NCBI RefSeq assembly: GCF_035594765.1
Contig: NW_026943826.1
Location: forward strand, 13,371,325-13,435,324
Length of the DNA stretch: 64,000 nt
Origin: Anolis carolinensis
Lineage: Eukaryota
Direction: 5' to 3'
Position numbers and translations under genes: made by a program. The notes beneath the pieces were generated by a model. It made no database searches and was not told the origin of the DNA. It saw only the letters and a program-made list of their open reading frames with translations. This document shows positions 13,813 through 28,062 of the stretch, piece after piece; position 1 is the first letter of the stretch; each line of letters begins with the position of its first letter.

Positions 13813-14284
13813 GCAAGTGTCTTCATACTCGTTCTGGTTGTATTGGTGAGTTTGTTCTAGAAGCGATGTCCTACCAATACTGCTGTCCCACCCGATTCAA
13901 TCGATTCCATTTACAATAGTTTCCCATAATACTCGTCCCTTTCTCAGTCAATGATCTTCCTACTGGCTAAACCAACAAGCACAAAAGGGGCGTTCCTCAG
14001 CCCAAAGGGCATTGACTTGTTTCGATATGCACCGGGAGGAATACGGAAAACGTATTCATGCAGTTGATGAAATTTCCCAATGCATTATTCATGTCTGAAG
14101 TTAATGTCTAAGGGAAATTTATTCGCTGAATACACCTATTAAGGAAATGTCTTTTAATTAAATGAATGCAAAAGAATGATGAGAGTTGGGTGTCATCTGC
14201 ATATACATGGAATCATACTTCAAATCTCCAGATGACCTCTCCCAGCACTTTCATGTATGTGAGGGACCCCACAGGCCAGATTCG

Positions 14285-14881
14285 GTTTGGGACCTGCCTA
14301 CCTTAGAGACTGCATTTCCCCCTATGAACCTGCACGATCTCTTCGCTCGTCGGGGGAGGCCCTCCTCTCGCTCCCACAACCCTCGCAGGCGCGGTTGGTG
14401 GGGACAAGAGAGAGGGCCTTCTCTGTCGTGGCCCCCCAGCTTTGGAACCTGCTCCCTAGGGAGATTAGGCTGGCCCCCACCCTCCTCTCCTTCCGGACAA
14501 ATCTGAAAACCTGGCTTTTCCGGAAAGCCTTTGATGAGTGACTTTTGTTGGTTTAAGATGCCTGCCTATGTAATAATAGACCCACTGATCTGCCCTTTTA
14601 TTGTCACTATTGTCATTTATAGTACTTTATTGACTATGTCAATTATGTAACTATCTCCTCCCGATTTGACACATTCACCTTTCGGCCCCGACTTGTGTTT
14701 GATATACCTGTTTTAACATTTTATCTTGTAAGATTGTCCTTTTGATTGTTTTACCGATATTGTTGATTTATTGTTATAAATTTGTGTTTTTGTTTTGATT
14801 TTATATTGTGATGTTGGGCAAGACCCCATGTGAACCGCCCTGAGTCCCTTCGGGGAGATGGGGCGGGGTACAATAATAAAA

Positions 14882-14930
<49 letters not shown>
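14285..14930 (+). mobile_element. L2-clade LINE 3' end with (ATT)n tail
   Basis: GPAYL..RSLRS..RAFSVVAPQLWN.LP...FRTNLKTWLF. Confidence 0.85.
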
Positions 14931-14931
<1 letters not shown>

Positions 14932-16172
14932 GACCATTTAAGTCTACCATCTAAGAAATAGCCAAGTTAACTCCATATACTATATGCTCTTTAATAACTG
15001 TGAAATAAGCCGACTTCCGGTGGGAGAAGCTGGTTGTGATCCGTATTGGGTAAGCCTTTGACTGCCCTGCACTGGGTTTGATTTTGCGCATTGGGTAGTC
15101 GGAATGTCCGAATCACCGAATATGGTATCCTCAAACGATATCATGCACATCCCTACTCTGGATTGATGTGTTCTAGCTCAGGCTGGATCTACACTGCCAT
15201 ATCATACTAATTATTAAAGCAGATAATACACATTATATGAGTCTACATTGCGATATAACCTGGTTCAAGGCAGACAATCTGGATTTTATATGGGAGTGTA
15301 GAAGCTGTCACTTGCCCGTGGGATGTGAAAGAGCCAAAGGTTGTCTTCTCCTCTCTCAAGTGGTGAGGTGTGTGTGTGTGTGTACCTAAAAGCCAGTCGT
15401 CTATATACTGGAACCTCATTTTGTACTATTTGCTTAGGCAAGCAACCTTCAGGGGCGGTAGGAATGCTAAACAACAAAATTAAGCAACAAATCCAAGTAA
15501 TGCCCACCTGTTGCAAACAAACATGAACCCGTCTCGCCACTCAAAGCGAGTCATTCGGGGGGAAACAATTGTACAATATTGTTGTGGAAGAAGAAGGAGA
15601 GATGTTGTGTCGTGTTGATTTTCCACCTGACAGGATTTGTGTGTTCCTGTGCAATACCAAATAAAGTGCGCTCGGGAAGATATGACATATAAGGTAGACA
15701 TATTGATCAATAGTCAAGAAAGAGCTGTCATAGCAAATCTATTGACTTGACTAGTTTTCCACTAGTTAATAGATACACGAGTACAAGAGTATGTCTTCCT
15801 ACTCACTAAGCTGCCTTCTCCATCTCCTTGATGCTTATCCTCATGGGATTTATCTCCTTCCTCTGAAAGCCTGTCCCTATAAGGTTGACCTCCTTCTTCT
15901 TGATCGTTGTCCCCACAGGGTTTGGGCTGAGTATTTGATCTTGCAGGGTGTATCACATGCAACATAAGCAGATACACTGAGTCACACAGGAGAGAGGAAG
16001 TGTGTATAGATTTATAGTATATATATCTACTGTAATTGAGGCAATCAGTCTACTTGCTCCATCTATCTAAAGTGGAACTTAGCATTTGGGAAAGCAACAA
16101 AGGAGAGAATTTTTCTGGAACGTGACCCTACAGCCCGAAAAACTCACAGAAAGCAAAAATAGAAGATGTGTC

Positions 16173-19011
16173 TTATATTCTGTTAATGAAATCAGTTACA
16201 CGTCGGAAATGGATTTGCAGAGTTGGGAATTCCAGGAATGGATTGTGAAAGCCGTGGAATCCGTCCTCGACATGATACCACGTCACTGGGACTCCGTTGT
16301 CCTCCAGTCGCTTCTTGTACAAGAGCCCGTCGTCTCGGAAAACATCGTACTCGCAGGTCAGAATGAAAGTCTTGGGGAGCTGTCGGATCATGTCATCCTC
16401 TGCTAACAGCGGGGAAAACATGGGGTTGGTTGATTCTTTGCATTGTTCGTAAAGTTCTGGGATAAACTGAGGCCACTCCATGGGCACGTAACCCTGGCCC
16501 TTGAATTTTTCCGGGATGAGGTCGGGACTGACCCACTTCTTGTATTTCATCCAGACGTGTTTGGGTAGGTGAGCGTTCCTCATGACACCTTCCACGTTGA
16601 ACTTCTTCCCCGTCAGATACATCATGCCCATCTTCAAGGCCCTTTTCTTGAACAATATGGGGACTCTCTGGTTCTGCTGATATGAAGGCAAGTTGAAATC
16701 GACAGCCTGGAAATAGGGATAGATTAAGACCTGAGCACAAGGCTTTGGGAGATCCGTCCTGGCCGCCAACTGTTGACAAACGACGGTAGCAAATGTCCCT
16801 CCGCTACATTCTCCGTAGAGAGCTATGCGATTCGGGTCCACTCCGAATTCCGCAGCATTTTTCAAGAAGTGTGCGGTAGCCGTGCAGCAATCCATGACTG
16901 GGATCGGGAAGGGATGCTCTGGCGCCAAACGAAACCTGAAGCAGAAGCAAGAAACCGTCTGAATATGTAACTCTACAGGATAACGTTCTCTGGATTTTAG
17001 GATGTTTCCCCCCCTCCATTGTCAGTTTTATATGCTTCACATATTACGGATTACATGGGTAGAAGTTCGGTCAACATCAGGCTAATGGGGGCTAATGGGG
17101 ATGAGGACAGTGAACAGTCTTAAAGGGAAACCCAGCGTAGAATGTGTAGGACCTTGTCATCAATATCTGGTGGAAGCACACCATGGAATCGAGCTGGAAG
17201 TCATAGGAAATGCGTCAAGAGAGACATTCCCTGGAATATCTAGCTCCTCCAGGATGGCCATAGGGTCAACTTGTGGTGGAATCACACCATAGAACCGAGT
17301 TGGAGGAGAGGGAAAAGGCTTAAGGAGAACACACTCCTCCCTGGGTTGGTGGCTCCTCCAATGGGAAGACGGCTAGTTGAGGAATGGATCATGGAGACAA
17401 GTCTCTTGGAAAGGGAATGGATTGAATAGTGTGGGAGAACGTATATCCTATACGACCAGAATGAGGGTGAAGTCACTTACGCAATGTTCACAGTGACGGA
17501 ATCAGTCTCCTGGGAAATGTAGCGGCATAATGAGTCTCCCATCCCTGAAAAACACATCATGTTTCAAGAGAGATTATTACTGATGAGATTCATGACTGTG
17601 TACATAGAAAGATCCTATATACTCCACCCGAACCCTGTTTCCAGGAGAACTTACATATATTTCCGACAATGGCACCACCTGCAGGAATGACAACCACTCC
17701 TCTTCTCATCCCAGAAGGAGTCGTTTTGGGCCAATACACTCTGACCGGAACGCCATCAAAAACAAAGTCCTTGATTGTCAGTGTTGAGCTCCTCTTGGAT
17801 AGCATTAGGCTAGCGGCCCTATCCAAAAATCTATCCTTATTCTGGATGCCAAGTTTTTCTAAAATGAATCCCTGTTTATAGAAAAATATAAAGGTGAAAT
17901 TGATGTCACCAGGACCTGTTGACTTATGCAGCTTGAAAGATAATACATCTCTTGAGTAGAAAATTTAGGAAACGCTGATAAGGAATCACCAGATCAGAAC
18001 AAAGGAAGTATGTATGAAATAACTTGCGTGTCCATGCTTAAAACCTTTGACTATAAAACCCACCGGAGCTGCGTCCTCAGTGTGTGGCACTTGCTCACCC
18101 GAAAGAAGGATTCATTCAACTAAACCTATTGTACCCGATCTCCTCGCTACTTTGTGTCTAAATGGATAGAGAACCTTGGAGTTTCAGGTTGCCTTTTTGG
18201 AAGAGACACCTTGTCTGAAGTTGGGAAGAGCGGGTTCAATGAAGAATAACTCAAGATGCTCAATGGAAGTCCAAGAATGTCCTGATACAAGTCATGGTGG
18301 GATTCCATATCCACGTCAAATTGCTCTTAGTTCTTGTTGAAGGGAAGTCCAAAGAGACCCGTCCCTTCGACTGTTGGTTCCACACTTCCGAGCTCTGCCC
18401 TCACCGCCCACGTGACAGGTCTCTTTTGGACATTTCCTTCCCCAAGAACTAAGGAAAATTCTTCCTGGATATGAAAACCCACCATGTTCTGCACCTTGCC
18501 CTTTTCAGTGGAAGGACTCTGATTCGACAACACACTGCAAATCCCAGGATTCCATAGGGAATATCCATGGTGTCGGAGTGCTCTCACGGTCTCGGAGAGG
18601 ACACAGATCCCTCTAGAAGTTTCCAACTAGAACTAGAACCACTTTGGCAGGCTGGAAATCCAAGCCGAAGCTTCGAAACCATCCGTCTTCATGAGCTGAG
18701 TCAAAGCTGCCCATGCCCTTCAGAAGGCCCTTGTCTTGGTGGGACGCTGAGCGAAAGGAAGCATCCATACGATGACACCGCCAAAACGTGGACACAAAGT
18801 CACATAGAAGGGCATTAAAATCAGGAAGACTTACCATGGCCCCTCCATATCTGAATATGCCGTGCAAAACCCGTAGCCTTACGGGGTATTTGATTCCGGC
18901 GGGAATATCTAGCCTCCTCTGATCCTGATAAAGGGCCCACGCGATCACCAAGAGGAGAACCAGAAGGCTGGCATACAACACAACCATCCCCAGAGAGACA
19001 AGGAAGGCCAT
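16173..19011 (-). CDS. AADACL3/4-like gene D, complete, 406 aa, Cys-nucleophile type. Exons 19011-18835, 17871-17655, 17544-17481, 16935-16173
   Basis: Canonical splice sites and open frame; GECSGG (TGT 16808-16806), EYDVFRDDG, DGFHG; 12-nt shorter exon 4 just after the His. Confidence 0.92.
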
Positions 19012-19090
19012 CCTCTTGACCAACAAGCACGGAAGAACTCTCCTTTCTCCTTGGTGGTTTCTGAGGTTCTGCACACCTTAGGTGTCCCCA

Positions 19091-19110
19091 TTTAATAGGG
19101 AACTAATTAA
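19091..19110 (-). promoter_or_regulatory. Putative TATA-like box (TATTAAA) with adjacent TAATTA, ~80 bp upstream of the gene D ATG; same in C, E, F, H
   Basis: The motif is at a constant distance from the ATG in these exon-1 copies. Confidence 0.4.
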
Positions 19111-19269
19111 GTCATGCCATCCCCTGCCCACACAACCATTCATTGAATCGGAAGTGGCTGATTATGTCCGATGGATGCTGCCCTTACAATTTATACCACG
19201 GTGACCCGTGTGAAGGAATACATTGTTGTGAATGACATGATGGGTTAATCTAGCACAGCGGTTCTTCTG

Positions 19270-20455
19270 CACTTCACTTCGCTTCACTTTATTTCTTAAT
19301 TAGTCGCTCTCCACCAGAGTGCTCCGAGCGACTTACAATTTAAAATATCATTCCACAATATAAAAACATTCAACATAAAAACATTCAACAATGACTATTT
19401 GGCAAATTAGATCTGATTTACTTAAATGCACAACCAAACAGCCAAGTCTTGAGCGCTTTTACAAAAGGCCGCAACTCCGACATTGCTCTAACATATGGAG
19501 GCCATGAGTTCCACAGAATTGGAGCATCGGTCGAAAAGGCTCTACTAGGCCTTGTAGCTTCCAGGTGTACCTCCCTAGGGCCCGGTACGTGTAGGAGATT
19601 TTCCTGGGAGGATCGAGGTGACCACGGATGGAAAAAAGGAATGAGATATAATGGTCCTTGGCCATTTCGAGCTCTAAATGTCAGGACCAGTATCTTGTAA
19701 AAGATCCAGGTAACCAATGCAGTTGTTTCAGAATCGGTGTAATATGGGATCTTATAGATGATCCCGCTAGCAGCCTGGCCGCCGCATTTTGGACGATTAG
19801 GATCTTCTGGGTTTTTATCTTCGGAAGGCCGGCGTATAAGGCGTCACAATAATCCAACCTAGTGGTGACAGTTGCATGGATTACCGTTGCCAATGCTTCT
19901 GTCGAAAGGTAGGATGCCATTTTCCTTGCCTGACGAAGATGAAAAGAGGCCAGTGATCTGGGCCTCCGTTGTCAGCAATGAGTCCAACACAACCCCAAGG
20001 CTTTTAACAGTAGCAGACGGAACCAGAACTTCCCCATCGAGATCAGGCAGTGACTGGATTAACTCTGGTGGCTGGCTGGGACAGAGTATCTCAGTTTTCG
20101 CGGGATTCACTTGTAGTCTACTCGCTCGCAGCCAACTCAACACTGCTTCCAAACACAGCTTAAAGTTCTCAGGAATCGTGGTTGTCCCAGGTTCGAGACG
20201 CAAGAGTAGCTGGGTATCATCGCATAGCTCTATGCCAAAGCTCCGCACTAGTCCAGCAAGTGGTCGGACGTAGGTGTTGAATCGAAAGGATAGCACCCTG
20301 GGGAACTCCACAACCAAGGCAGGAGCTCTCAGAGCTTTGGCCTAGCCACTCCACCCTCTGTCTCCGGTCCCGGAGAAACGAACCATTGAGAAGCTAAACC
20401 TGGTACACCAGACATAGCCAATCAATGGATCAGCAAGTCATGGTACACGGTGTTG
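19270..20455 (-). mobile_element. Degenerate L2-clade LINE RT fragment upstream of gene D
   Basis: DDTQL, NPAKTE, KSLGVVLDS, RLDYC, QNAAARL, HITPILKQLHWLP, with frameshifts. Confidence 0.85.
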
Positions 20456-20518
20456 AATCTTTCTAAATCGTTCTGAAACCCATCAGCAATCTCTCTTGAA
20501 ACATTATGTGTTCATCAG

Positions 20519-20582
20519 ATATGACTGACCAACAATGCTGCTACATTGCCGAAAAAACCAATTCAGTCGTTGTGTGAGTTGG
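20519..20582 (+). pseudogene. Orphan exon-3 copy (in-frame TGA)
   Basis: Homologous to 9244-9307; GTG TGA stop. Confidence 0.8.
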
Positions 20583-21300
20583 GCAAGTTTCTTCCTAGTC
20601 GTCCTGGTTGTATTGGTAAGTTTGTTCTAAAAGCGATGTCCTACCGAGAGCGCTCTCCCACCCAATTCAATCAATTCTGTATACAATAGTTTCCCAGAAT
20701 ACTCGTCCCTTTCTCAGTCAATGATCTTCCTACTGGGGAAACCAACAACCAAAAGGGGCATTCCTCAGCCCAAAGGGCATGACTTGTTTCGATATGCACC
20801 AAGAGGCCCAGAACATTAGTTCTCGAAAAAAATTATTGGTGCAGTTGATTAAATTTCGTGTTGCATTATTCATGGCTGAAGTTAATGTCTAAGGGAAAAT
20901 TATTTGCTGAAGACACTCATTAAAAGAAATACCTTTTAATTAAATGAATGCAAAGGAATGATAAGAGTTGGGTGTCATCTGTATATACGTGGCATCGTAA
21001 TCCAAAACTTCAAGGAAGCTCTCCCAATGGTTCCATCTATATGTTGATAGGATGCGGAATAAAACAGAGCCTCGAGGGAACCCACAGGCCAGATTCAACC
21101 ATTTAAGTTTACCATCTAAGAAGAAACACCCAAGTTAACTCCATATACGATATGCTCTTTAATAATAGTAAAAGAAGCTACTCATGGGGCTATTTACCTC
21201 AAAAAAAGAATCCTACAATCTGACCAGTCAAAACAAAACTAAAATAAAATGTATGGTCCCGATCTCTGCAGTCCCTCATCCATGTTGGAGAAATTATTAC

Positions 21301-21373
<73 letters not shown>

Positions 21374-21374
21374 T

Positions 21375-21964
21375 TATGACACAGCAAACAAGATAGATAC
21401 GCTGGATTTCATATCACAAAATCACAAGTCAAACACTTCCCAATAATAATAATAATAATAATAATAATATCAAGATTGAACTGCAAAGACTCTGGCAGAA
21501 ACCAGTGCAGGTGGTCCCGGTGGTGATGGGCACACTGGGTGCCGTGCCGAAAGATCTCAGCCGGCATTTGGAAACAATAGACATTGACAAAATCACGATC
21601 TGCCAACTGCAAAAGGCCACCCTGCTGGGATCTGCACGCATCATCCGAAAATACATCACACAGTCCTAGACACTTGGGAAGTGTTCGACTTGTGATTTTG
21701 TGATACGAAACCCAGCATATCTATCTTGTTTGCTGTGTCATACAACGTCGTTGTGTCAATAATAATAATAATAATAATAATAATTACTCCAACTTAGATG
21801 AGAAACTGCAGAGATCGGGACTATACATTTTATTTTAGTTGTGTTTTGACTGGTCAGATTGTAGGATTATTTTTTTGAGGTAGAAGCATACCATAGAATC
21901 ATGTTGGAGGACATGGATACCCCACAATCTCCGAGGATGCCTGCCATAGATGTGGACGAAACCC

Positions 21965-22016
<52 letters not shown>

Positions 22017-22082
22017 GGGAAGTGTTTGACTTGTGATTTTGTGATACGAAATCCAGTATATCTATCTTGTTTGCTGTGTCAT
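21375..22082. mobile_element. Cluster of R4/Dong 3'-end fragments in both orientations, separated by (AAT)n
   Basis: 21470-21760 matches the 3' end of the 28060 element; short 3'UTR pieces at 21375-21440 (-) and 22016-22082 (+). Confidence 0.8.
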
Positions 22083-22087
22083 AATAA

Positions 22088-22136
<49 letters not shown>

Positions 22137-22894
22137 GTAATAGTAATTTCTCCAAGTTAGATGAGAAACTGCAGAGATTGGGACAATATATTTTATTTTA
22201 GTTGTGTTTTGACTGGTCAGATTGTAGGATTATTTTTTTGAGGTAGAAAGCCCCATGAGTAGCTTCTTTCACTGTTATTATAGAGCATATCGTATATGGA
22301 GTTAACTTGGGTGTTTCTTCTTAGATGGTTACCTTAAATGGTTGAATCTGACCTGTGGGGTCCCTGGAGGCTCTGTTTTATTCCGCATCCTATCAACATA
22401 TAGATGGAACCATTGGGAGAGCTTCCTTGAAGTTTTGGATTACGAGGCCACGTATATTTATTTATTTACAGTATTTATATTCCGTCCTTCTCACCCCGAA
22501 GGGGACTCATATGCAGATGACACCCAATTCTTATTTAATTAAAAGGCATTTCTTTTAATGAGTGTCTTCAGCAAATAATTTTCCCTTAGACATTAACTTC
22601 AGCCATGAATAATGCAACGGGAAATTTAATCAACTGCACAAATAAGTTTTTTGAGAATCATTGTTCTGGGCCTCCCGGTGCATATCGAAACAAGTCATGC
22701 CCTTTGGGCTGAGGAACGCCCCTTTTGTGCTTGTTTGTTTAGCCAGTAGGAAGATCATTGACCAAGAAAGGGACGAGTATTTTGGAAACTATTGTATACA
22801 GAATTGATTGAATCGGGTGGGAGAGCGCTCTCGGTAGGACATCGCTTCTAGAACAAACTCACAAATACAACCAATCCGAGTAGGAAGACACCCA

Positions 22895-22955
22895 ACGCAC
22901 AGAACGACTGAATTGTTTTTCTCATCAGTGTAGCAGCATTGTTGGTCAGTCATAT
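22895..22955 (-). pseudogene. Orphan exon-3 copy, inverted and degenerate
   Basis: Reverse complement of the 20519 copy. Confidence 0.7.
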
Positions 22956-24494
22956 CTGATGAACACATAATGTTTCAAGAGAGATTACTCATGGGTTTCA
23001 GAACGATTTAGAAAGATACTATACTCTTCACTAGGGGAGGAGGCTGATATAACTATATTCAAACTAATTCTTTTGGCTTCCTAAAATGGATCGCGGGTTG
23101 AAAGGGTGGACCTGGGTACACGTCTACATGGAATGGTTCATTTTCAGGGATACTCAGCTATTTCAGGAAGCATATTAGAGGCTTATTTGATATATGCAAA
23201 TCAGTGTAAGTAGAGCCCCGGCTATCCGACTTCTGCTCATCCGACACTCCGGTTTATCCGACTTCCGCTCATCCGACACTCCGGATTATCCGACGTGTGG
23301 GAGGAGGGAGGGAGGCAGGCTGCAAAATGCGACAGCTAGAAGGAGGAGCCTGCCGCACTGTCGCCTTTGCAGCCTGCCCTCCCTCCCTTTCTCATTCACT
23401 CACTCACTCACTCACCTGCCTTCTTTCTCCCTCTCCCACCTTCTCACTAAGACCCGGCTGGTGAGTGAGAGAGGGAGGGAAGGTGTGCCTGCTACTCATA
23501 GCCAAGAAGCTAAGTGTGGAAAGAGTTAATTGCCAAGAAGCCATGATGTCCTTGATGTGTGGCTGGAACTAGGGAGTATCCAGACACAAGAGTTTGTGCA
23601 TAATTGATTGCGTCAGTTCAGTTGAGTTCTGTCTGCCTAGAGTTCAAGTCAAGATCCGTTGGAGAACAAAACAGTCCTGTGTTTGTCTGTTTGTGTTGAT
23701 TACTGCTGCATACAGTAAAACTTTGTAAATAGTCTTACCAACGTCTCTGAGTGTCTCTTCGTTCTGCGCTCCACTCCTTCCATCCAACTACTGCTGTGCT
23801 GCACATACTCTGACACGCCTTCCACTTGGAAACCAATGTCCTCAATGCGGGAGAACATGTGGGTCAAGAATAGGTCTCTTCAGCCCCTGCACTGGTCTCG
23901 TTTTCATGCATTCGGTAGTCGGAACATCTGAATCACCACATATGGTATCCTCAAACGATATCATGCACATCCCTACTCTAGATGGATGCGCTCTAGCTTT
24001 GGTTGGACCTACACTGCCATATTATACTAATTATCAAAGCAGTTAATCCATGTTTTATGAGTCTACATTGCTATGTAACCCAGTTCAAGGCAGACAATCT
24101 GGATTCTATATGGGAGGGTAGAAGCTGTCACTTGCCCGTGGATGGGAAAGAGCCAAAGGTTGTCTTCTCCTCGCTCTAGTGGTGAGCCAGTCGTCTATAT
24201 ATTGGAACCTCATTTGATACTACAGTAGAGTCTCACTTATCCAAGACTCACTTATCCAAGGTTCTGGATTATCCAAGGCATTTTTGTAGTCAATGTTTTC
24301 AATATATCGTGATATTTTGGTGCTAAATTCGTAAATACAGCCATTACAAGATAAAATTACTGCATATTGAACTACTTTTTCTGTCAAATTTGTTGTATTT
24401 CTTTTGGTGCTTAATTTGTAAAATCATAACCTAATTTGATGTTTAATAGGCTTTTCCTTAATCCCTCCTTATTATCCAAGATATTTGCTTATCT

Positions 24495-25412
24495 CATATT
24501 TCATGTTGTGAGTATATTGCACATTTAATACAAACATTCACACCTACATGTCATTTATCTCTTATCACATTTCTCCATCCTCTTCCCTTCTATATTGTCT
24601 ACTCACATATCTAATATATCATCATTCTATTCATTCTATTCCCCCCTTTCTCTATCTTAAACCATTTATCTCTTTTCTCTCTCATATTTTCGAATAATGG
24701 TTTTATCTGGAACGCTTCATAATATAGTTCTAAATTTGGGATGCCCCACCCCAGATCTTCCTGGTGTGTAAAGTATATCTTATTTGGTAGTCTAGATTTC
24801 TTTTCTCCTAAGATCCATTTCTTGATAATCCTATTCCAAATATTTAATTGTCCTTGTTTAATTTCCAGTGGAAGAACTTGGAATAAGTATAATAATTTAG
24901 GTATCAGGAACATTTTAGTTGCTTTTTTTCCCCCCTAAGGTGCTCAGATTTTTGTTTTTCCAATTTTCCATATTGTTAGAAATTTTCTTCCATGCCTGTT
25001 TATAATTAATCTCCACCATCTTTCCCATATTCTTATGTATAATCACTCCCAAATATTTTATTTTCTTCTTACCCATACCCATTTCTGTTATATTATCTAT
25101 TTCTCTCTTTTTTTGTTTACATCTAAATACATAATTTTTGATTTCTTTATGTTTACCCCCAATCCTTTTCAGATTTTTCAAAATCTGTTAGTATAATTTT
25201 TAATTCTCTAATTCCTATTAAAGGATGGGATAAAATTATCATAATGTCATCTGCATAAGTATTCAGCCTAATTTCCACACCATCAAATTTAAAGCCTTCT
25301 ATCCTTACATTTCCTATTCCAAATTTAATCATTGTCTCCCGTAGAAATTCATGATTTATTGTATCAAATGCTTTGTATATATCCAATTTTAAAAATGCTA
25401 ATTTCTTTCCTT
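24495..25412 (-). mobile_element. Degenerate L1/Tx1-like LINE ORF2 fragment
   Basis: LDIYKAFDTINHEFL, YADD, IKYLGV, IPKLLYLFQVLP, GWGIPNLELYY. Confidence 0.8.
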
Positions 25413-25973
25413 GATGCTTATCCTCACCGGATTGATCCTCCACCTATGAAGTTGATAGAATTGTATTGGTGGTTGTTTGAGATTATTATTGTTGTATTAA
25501 CTCATGGTTATTACCTTTATTGTGTTTTCACTTGTGTATATTGTGCAAATGTATTTATGTCGTTAATTCTGTGAATTATGTTGTCCCATGTGAGCCGCCC
25601 CATGGTGGCGGGGTATAAATAAGGTTTTGTTATTATTTATTATTATTGATCGACTTCCTCTGAAAGCCTGTCCCTATAAGGTTGACCTCCTTCTTCCTGA
25701 TCGTTGTCCCCACAGGGTTTGGGCTGAGTATTTGATCTTGCAGGGTGTATCACATACAACATAAGCAGATACTCACACTGAGTCACACAGGAGAGAGGAA
25801 GTGTTTGTGGATATACAGTATATATATTTACCGTAATTGAGACAATCAGTCTACTTACTCCATCTATCTAAAGCGGAAGTTAACATTTGGGAAAGCAACA
25901 AAGGAGAGAATTTTGCTGGAACGTGACCCTACAGCCCGAAAAACTCACAGAAAGCAAAAATAGAACATGTGCC

Positions 25974-28016
25974 TTATATACTGTTAATGAAATCAGTCAC
26001 ATGTCGTAAATGGATTTTCTGAGTTGGGTATTCCAGGAGCGGAATGCCACTGACAGCCGTTATGCTGTGGAATCCGTCCTCAATGTGATACCACGTCACT
26101 GGGACGCCGTTGTCCTCCAGCCGCTTCTTGTACAAGAGCCCGTCGTCTCGGAAAACATCGTACTCGCAGGTCAGAAGGAAAGTCTTGGGGAGCTGTCGGA
26201 TCATGTCATCCTCTGCCAACAGCGGGGAAAACATGGGGTTGGTTACTTCTTTGCATTGTTCGTAAAGTTCTGGGATAAACTCAGGCCACTCCATGGGCAC
26301 ATAACCCCGGCCCTTGAATCTCTCTGGGATGAGGTCGGGACTGACCCACTTCCTGTATTTCATCCAGACGTGTTTGGGGAGGTGAGCGTTCCTCATGACG
26401 TCCTCCACGTTGAACCTCTTTCCCGTCAAATACAATGTGCCGAGCTGCAAGGCCCTTTTCTTGAACAACATGGGGACTCTCTGGTTCTGCTGATATGAAG
26501 GCAAGTTGAAATCAATGGCCTGGAAATAGGAATAGATTAGGACCTGAGCACAAAGCTTTGGGAGATCCGGCCTGGCCGCCAACTGTTGACAAACGACGGT
26601 AGCAAATGTCCCTCCGCTACATTCTCCCAAGATAGTGATGCGATTCGGGTCCACTCCGAATTCTGCGGCATTTTTCAAGAAGTGCGCGGTAGCCTTGCAG
26701 CAATCCATGACTGGGATCGGGAAGGGATGCTCTGGGGCCAAACGAAACCTGAAGCAGAAGCAAGAAACCGTCTGAATATGTAACTCTACAGGATAACGTT
26801 CTCTGGATTTTAGGATGTTTCCCCCCCTCCATTGTCAGTTTTATATGCTTCACATATTACGGATTACATGGGTACAAGTTCGGTCAACATCAGGCTAATG
26901 GGGGCTAATGGGGTTGAGGACAGTGAACAGTCTTAAAGGGAAACCCATCATAGAATGTGTAGGACCTTGTCATCAATATCTAGTGGAAGCACACCATGGA
27001 ACTGAGTTGGAAATCATAGGAAATGCGTCAAGAAAACCATTCCCTAGAATATCTAGGTCCTCCAGGATGACCATATGGTCAACTTCTTTTGGGAGCACAC
27101 CATGGAACCGAGTTGGAGGAGAGGGAAAAGGCTTAAGGAGAACACACTCCTCCCTGGGTTGGTGGCTCCTCCAATGGGAAGACGGCTAATTGAGGAAGGG
27201 AACACTTCTTTGGAAATATGGAGTCAAGTCTCTTGGAAAGGGAATGGATCGAATAGTGTGGGAGAACGTATATTCTATACAAGCAGAATGAGGGTGAAGT
27301 CACTTACGCAATGTTCACAGTGACGGAATCAGTCTCCTGGGAAATTAAGCGGCATAGTGGTTCTTCTATCCCTGAAAAACACATCATGTTTCAAGAGAGA
27401 TTATTACTGATGGGATTCATGACGGTGTACATAGAAAGATCCTATATACTCCACCTGAACTCTGTTTCCAGGAGAACTTACATATATTTCCGATAATGGC
27501 AGCACCTCCAGGAATGACAACCACTCCTCTTCTCTTCCCAGAAGGAGTCGTTTTGGGCCAATACACTCTGACCGGAACGCCATCAAAATCAAAGTCCTTG
27601 ATCGTCAGTGTTGAGCTCCTCTTGGATAGCATTAGGCTAGCGACCCTGTGCAAGAATCTGTACTTATTCTGGATGCCAAGTTTTTCTAAAATGGATCCCT
27701 GTTTACAGAAAAATATAAAGGTGAAATTAATATCACCAGGACCTGTTGACCTATGCAGCTTGAAAGATAATACATCTCTTGAGTAGAAAATTTAGGAAAC
27801 GCTTTATGCCTCATGGCTACTGCCAATTGCTGATAAGGAGTCACCAGATCAGAACAAAGGGAAAGGGAAGTATGTATGAAATACCTTGTGTGTCCATGGT
27901 TAAAACCTTTGACTATAAAACACCCGGAGCTGCATCCTCAGTGTGTGGCACTTGCCCACCCGACAGAGGGGTTTGTTCCCTACTACCTTTGCCTTCACTT
28001 CACTGGTGCCTCTTTC

Positions 28017-28062
<46 letters not shown>

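Noticed and set aside
16800-16812. The Ser after Cys (GEC-S-GG) as the real nucleophile
   Set aside because: Alignment with GDSIGG/GESSGG puts Cys at the elbow position. The following Ser is the x position (Ile in gene A).
23483-23815. Possible solo-LTR fragment (copy at 32708-33040)
   Set aside because: It ends in TGACA with an AGTAAA signal, but there is no clear 5' end or TSD, so support is insufficient.
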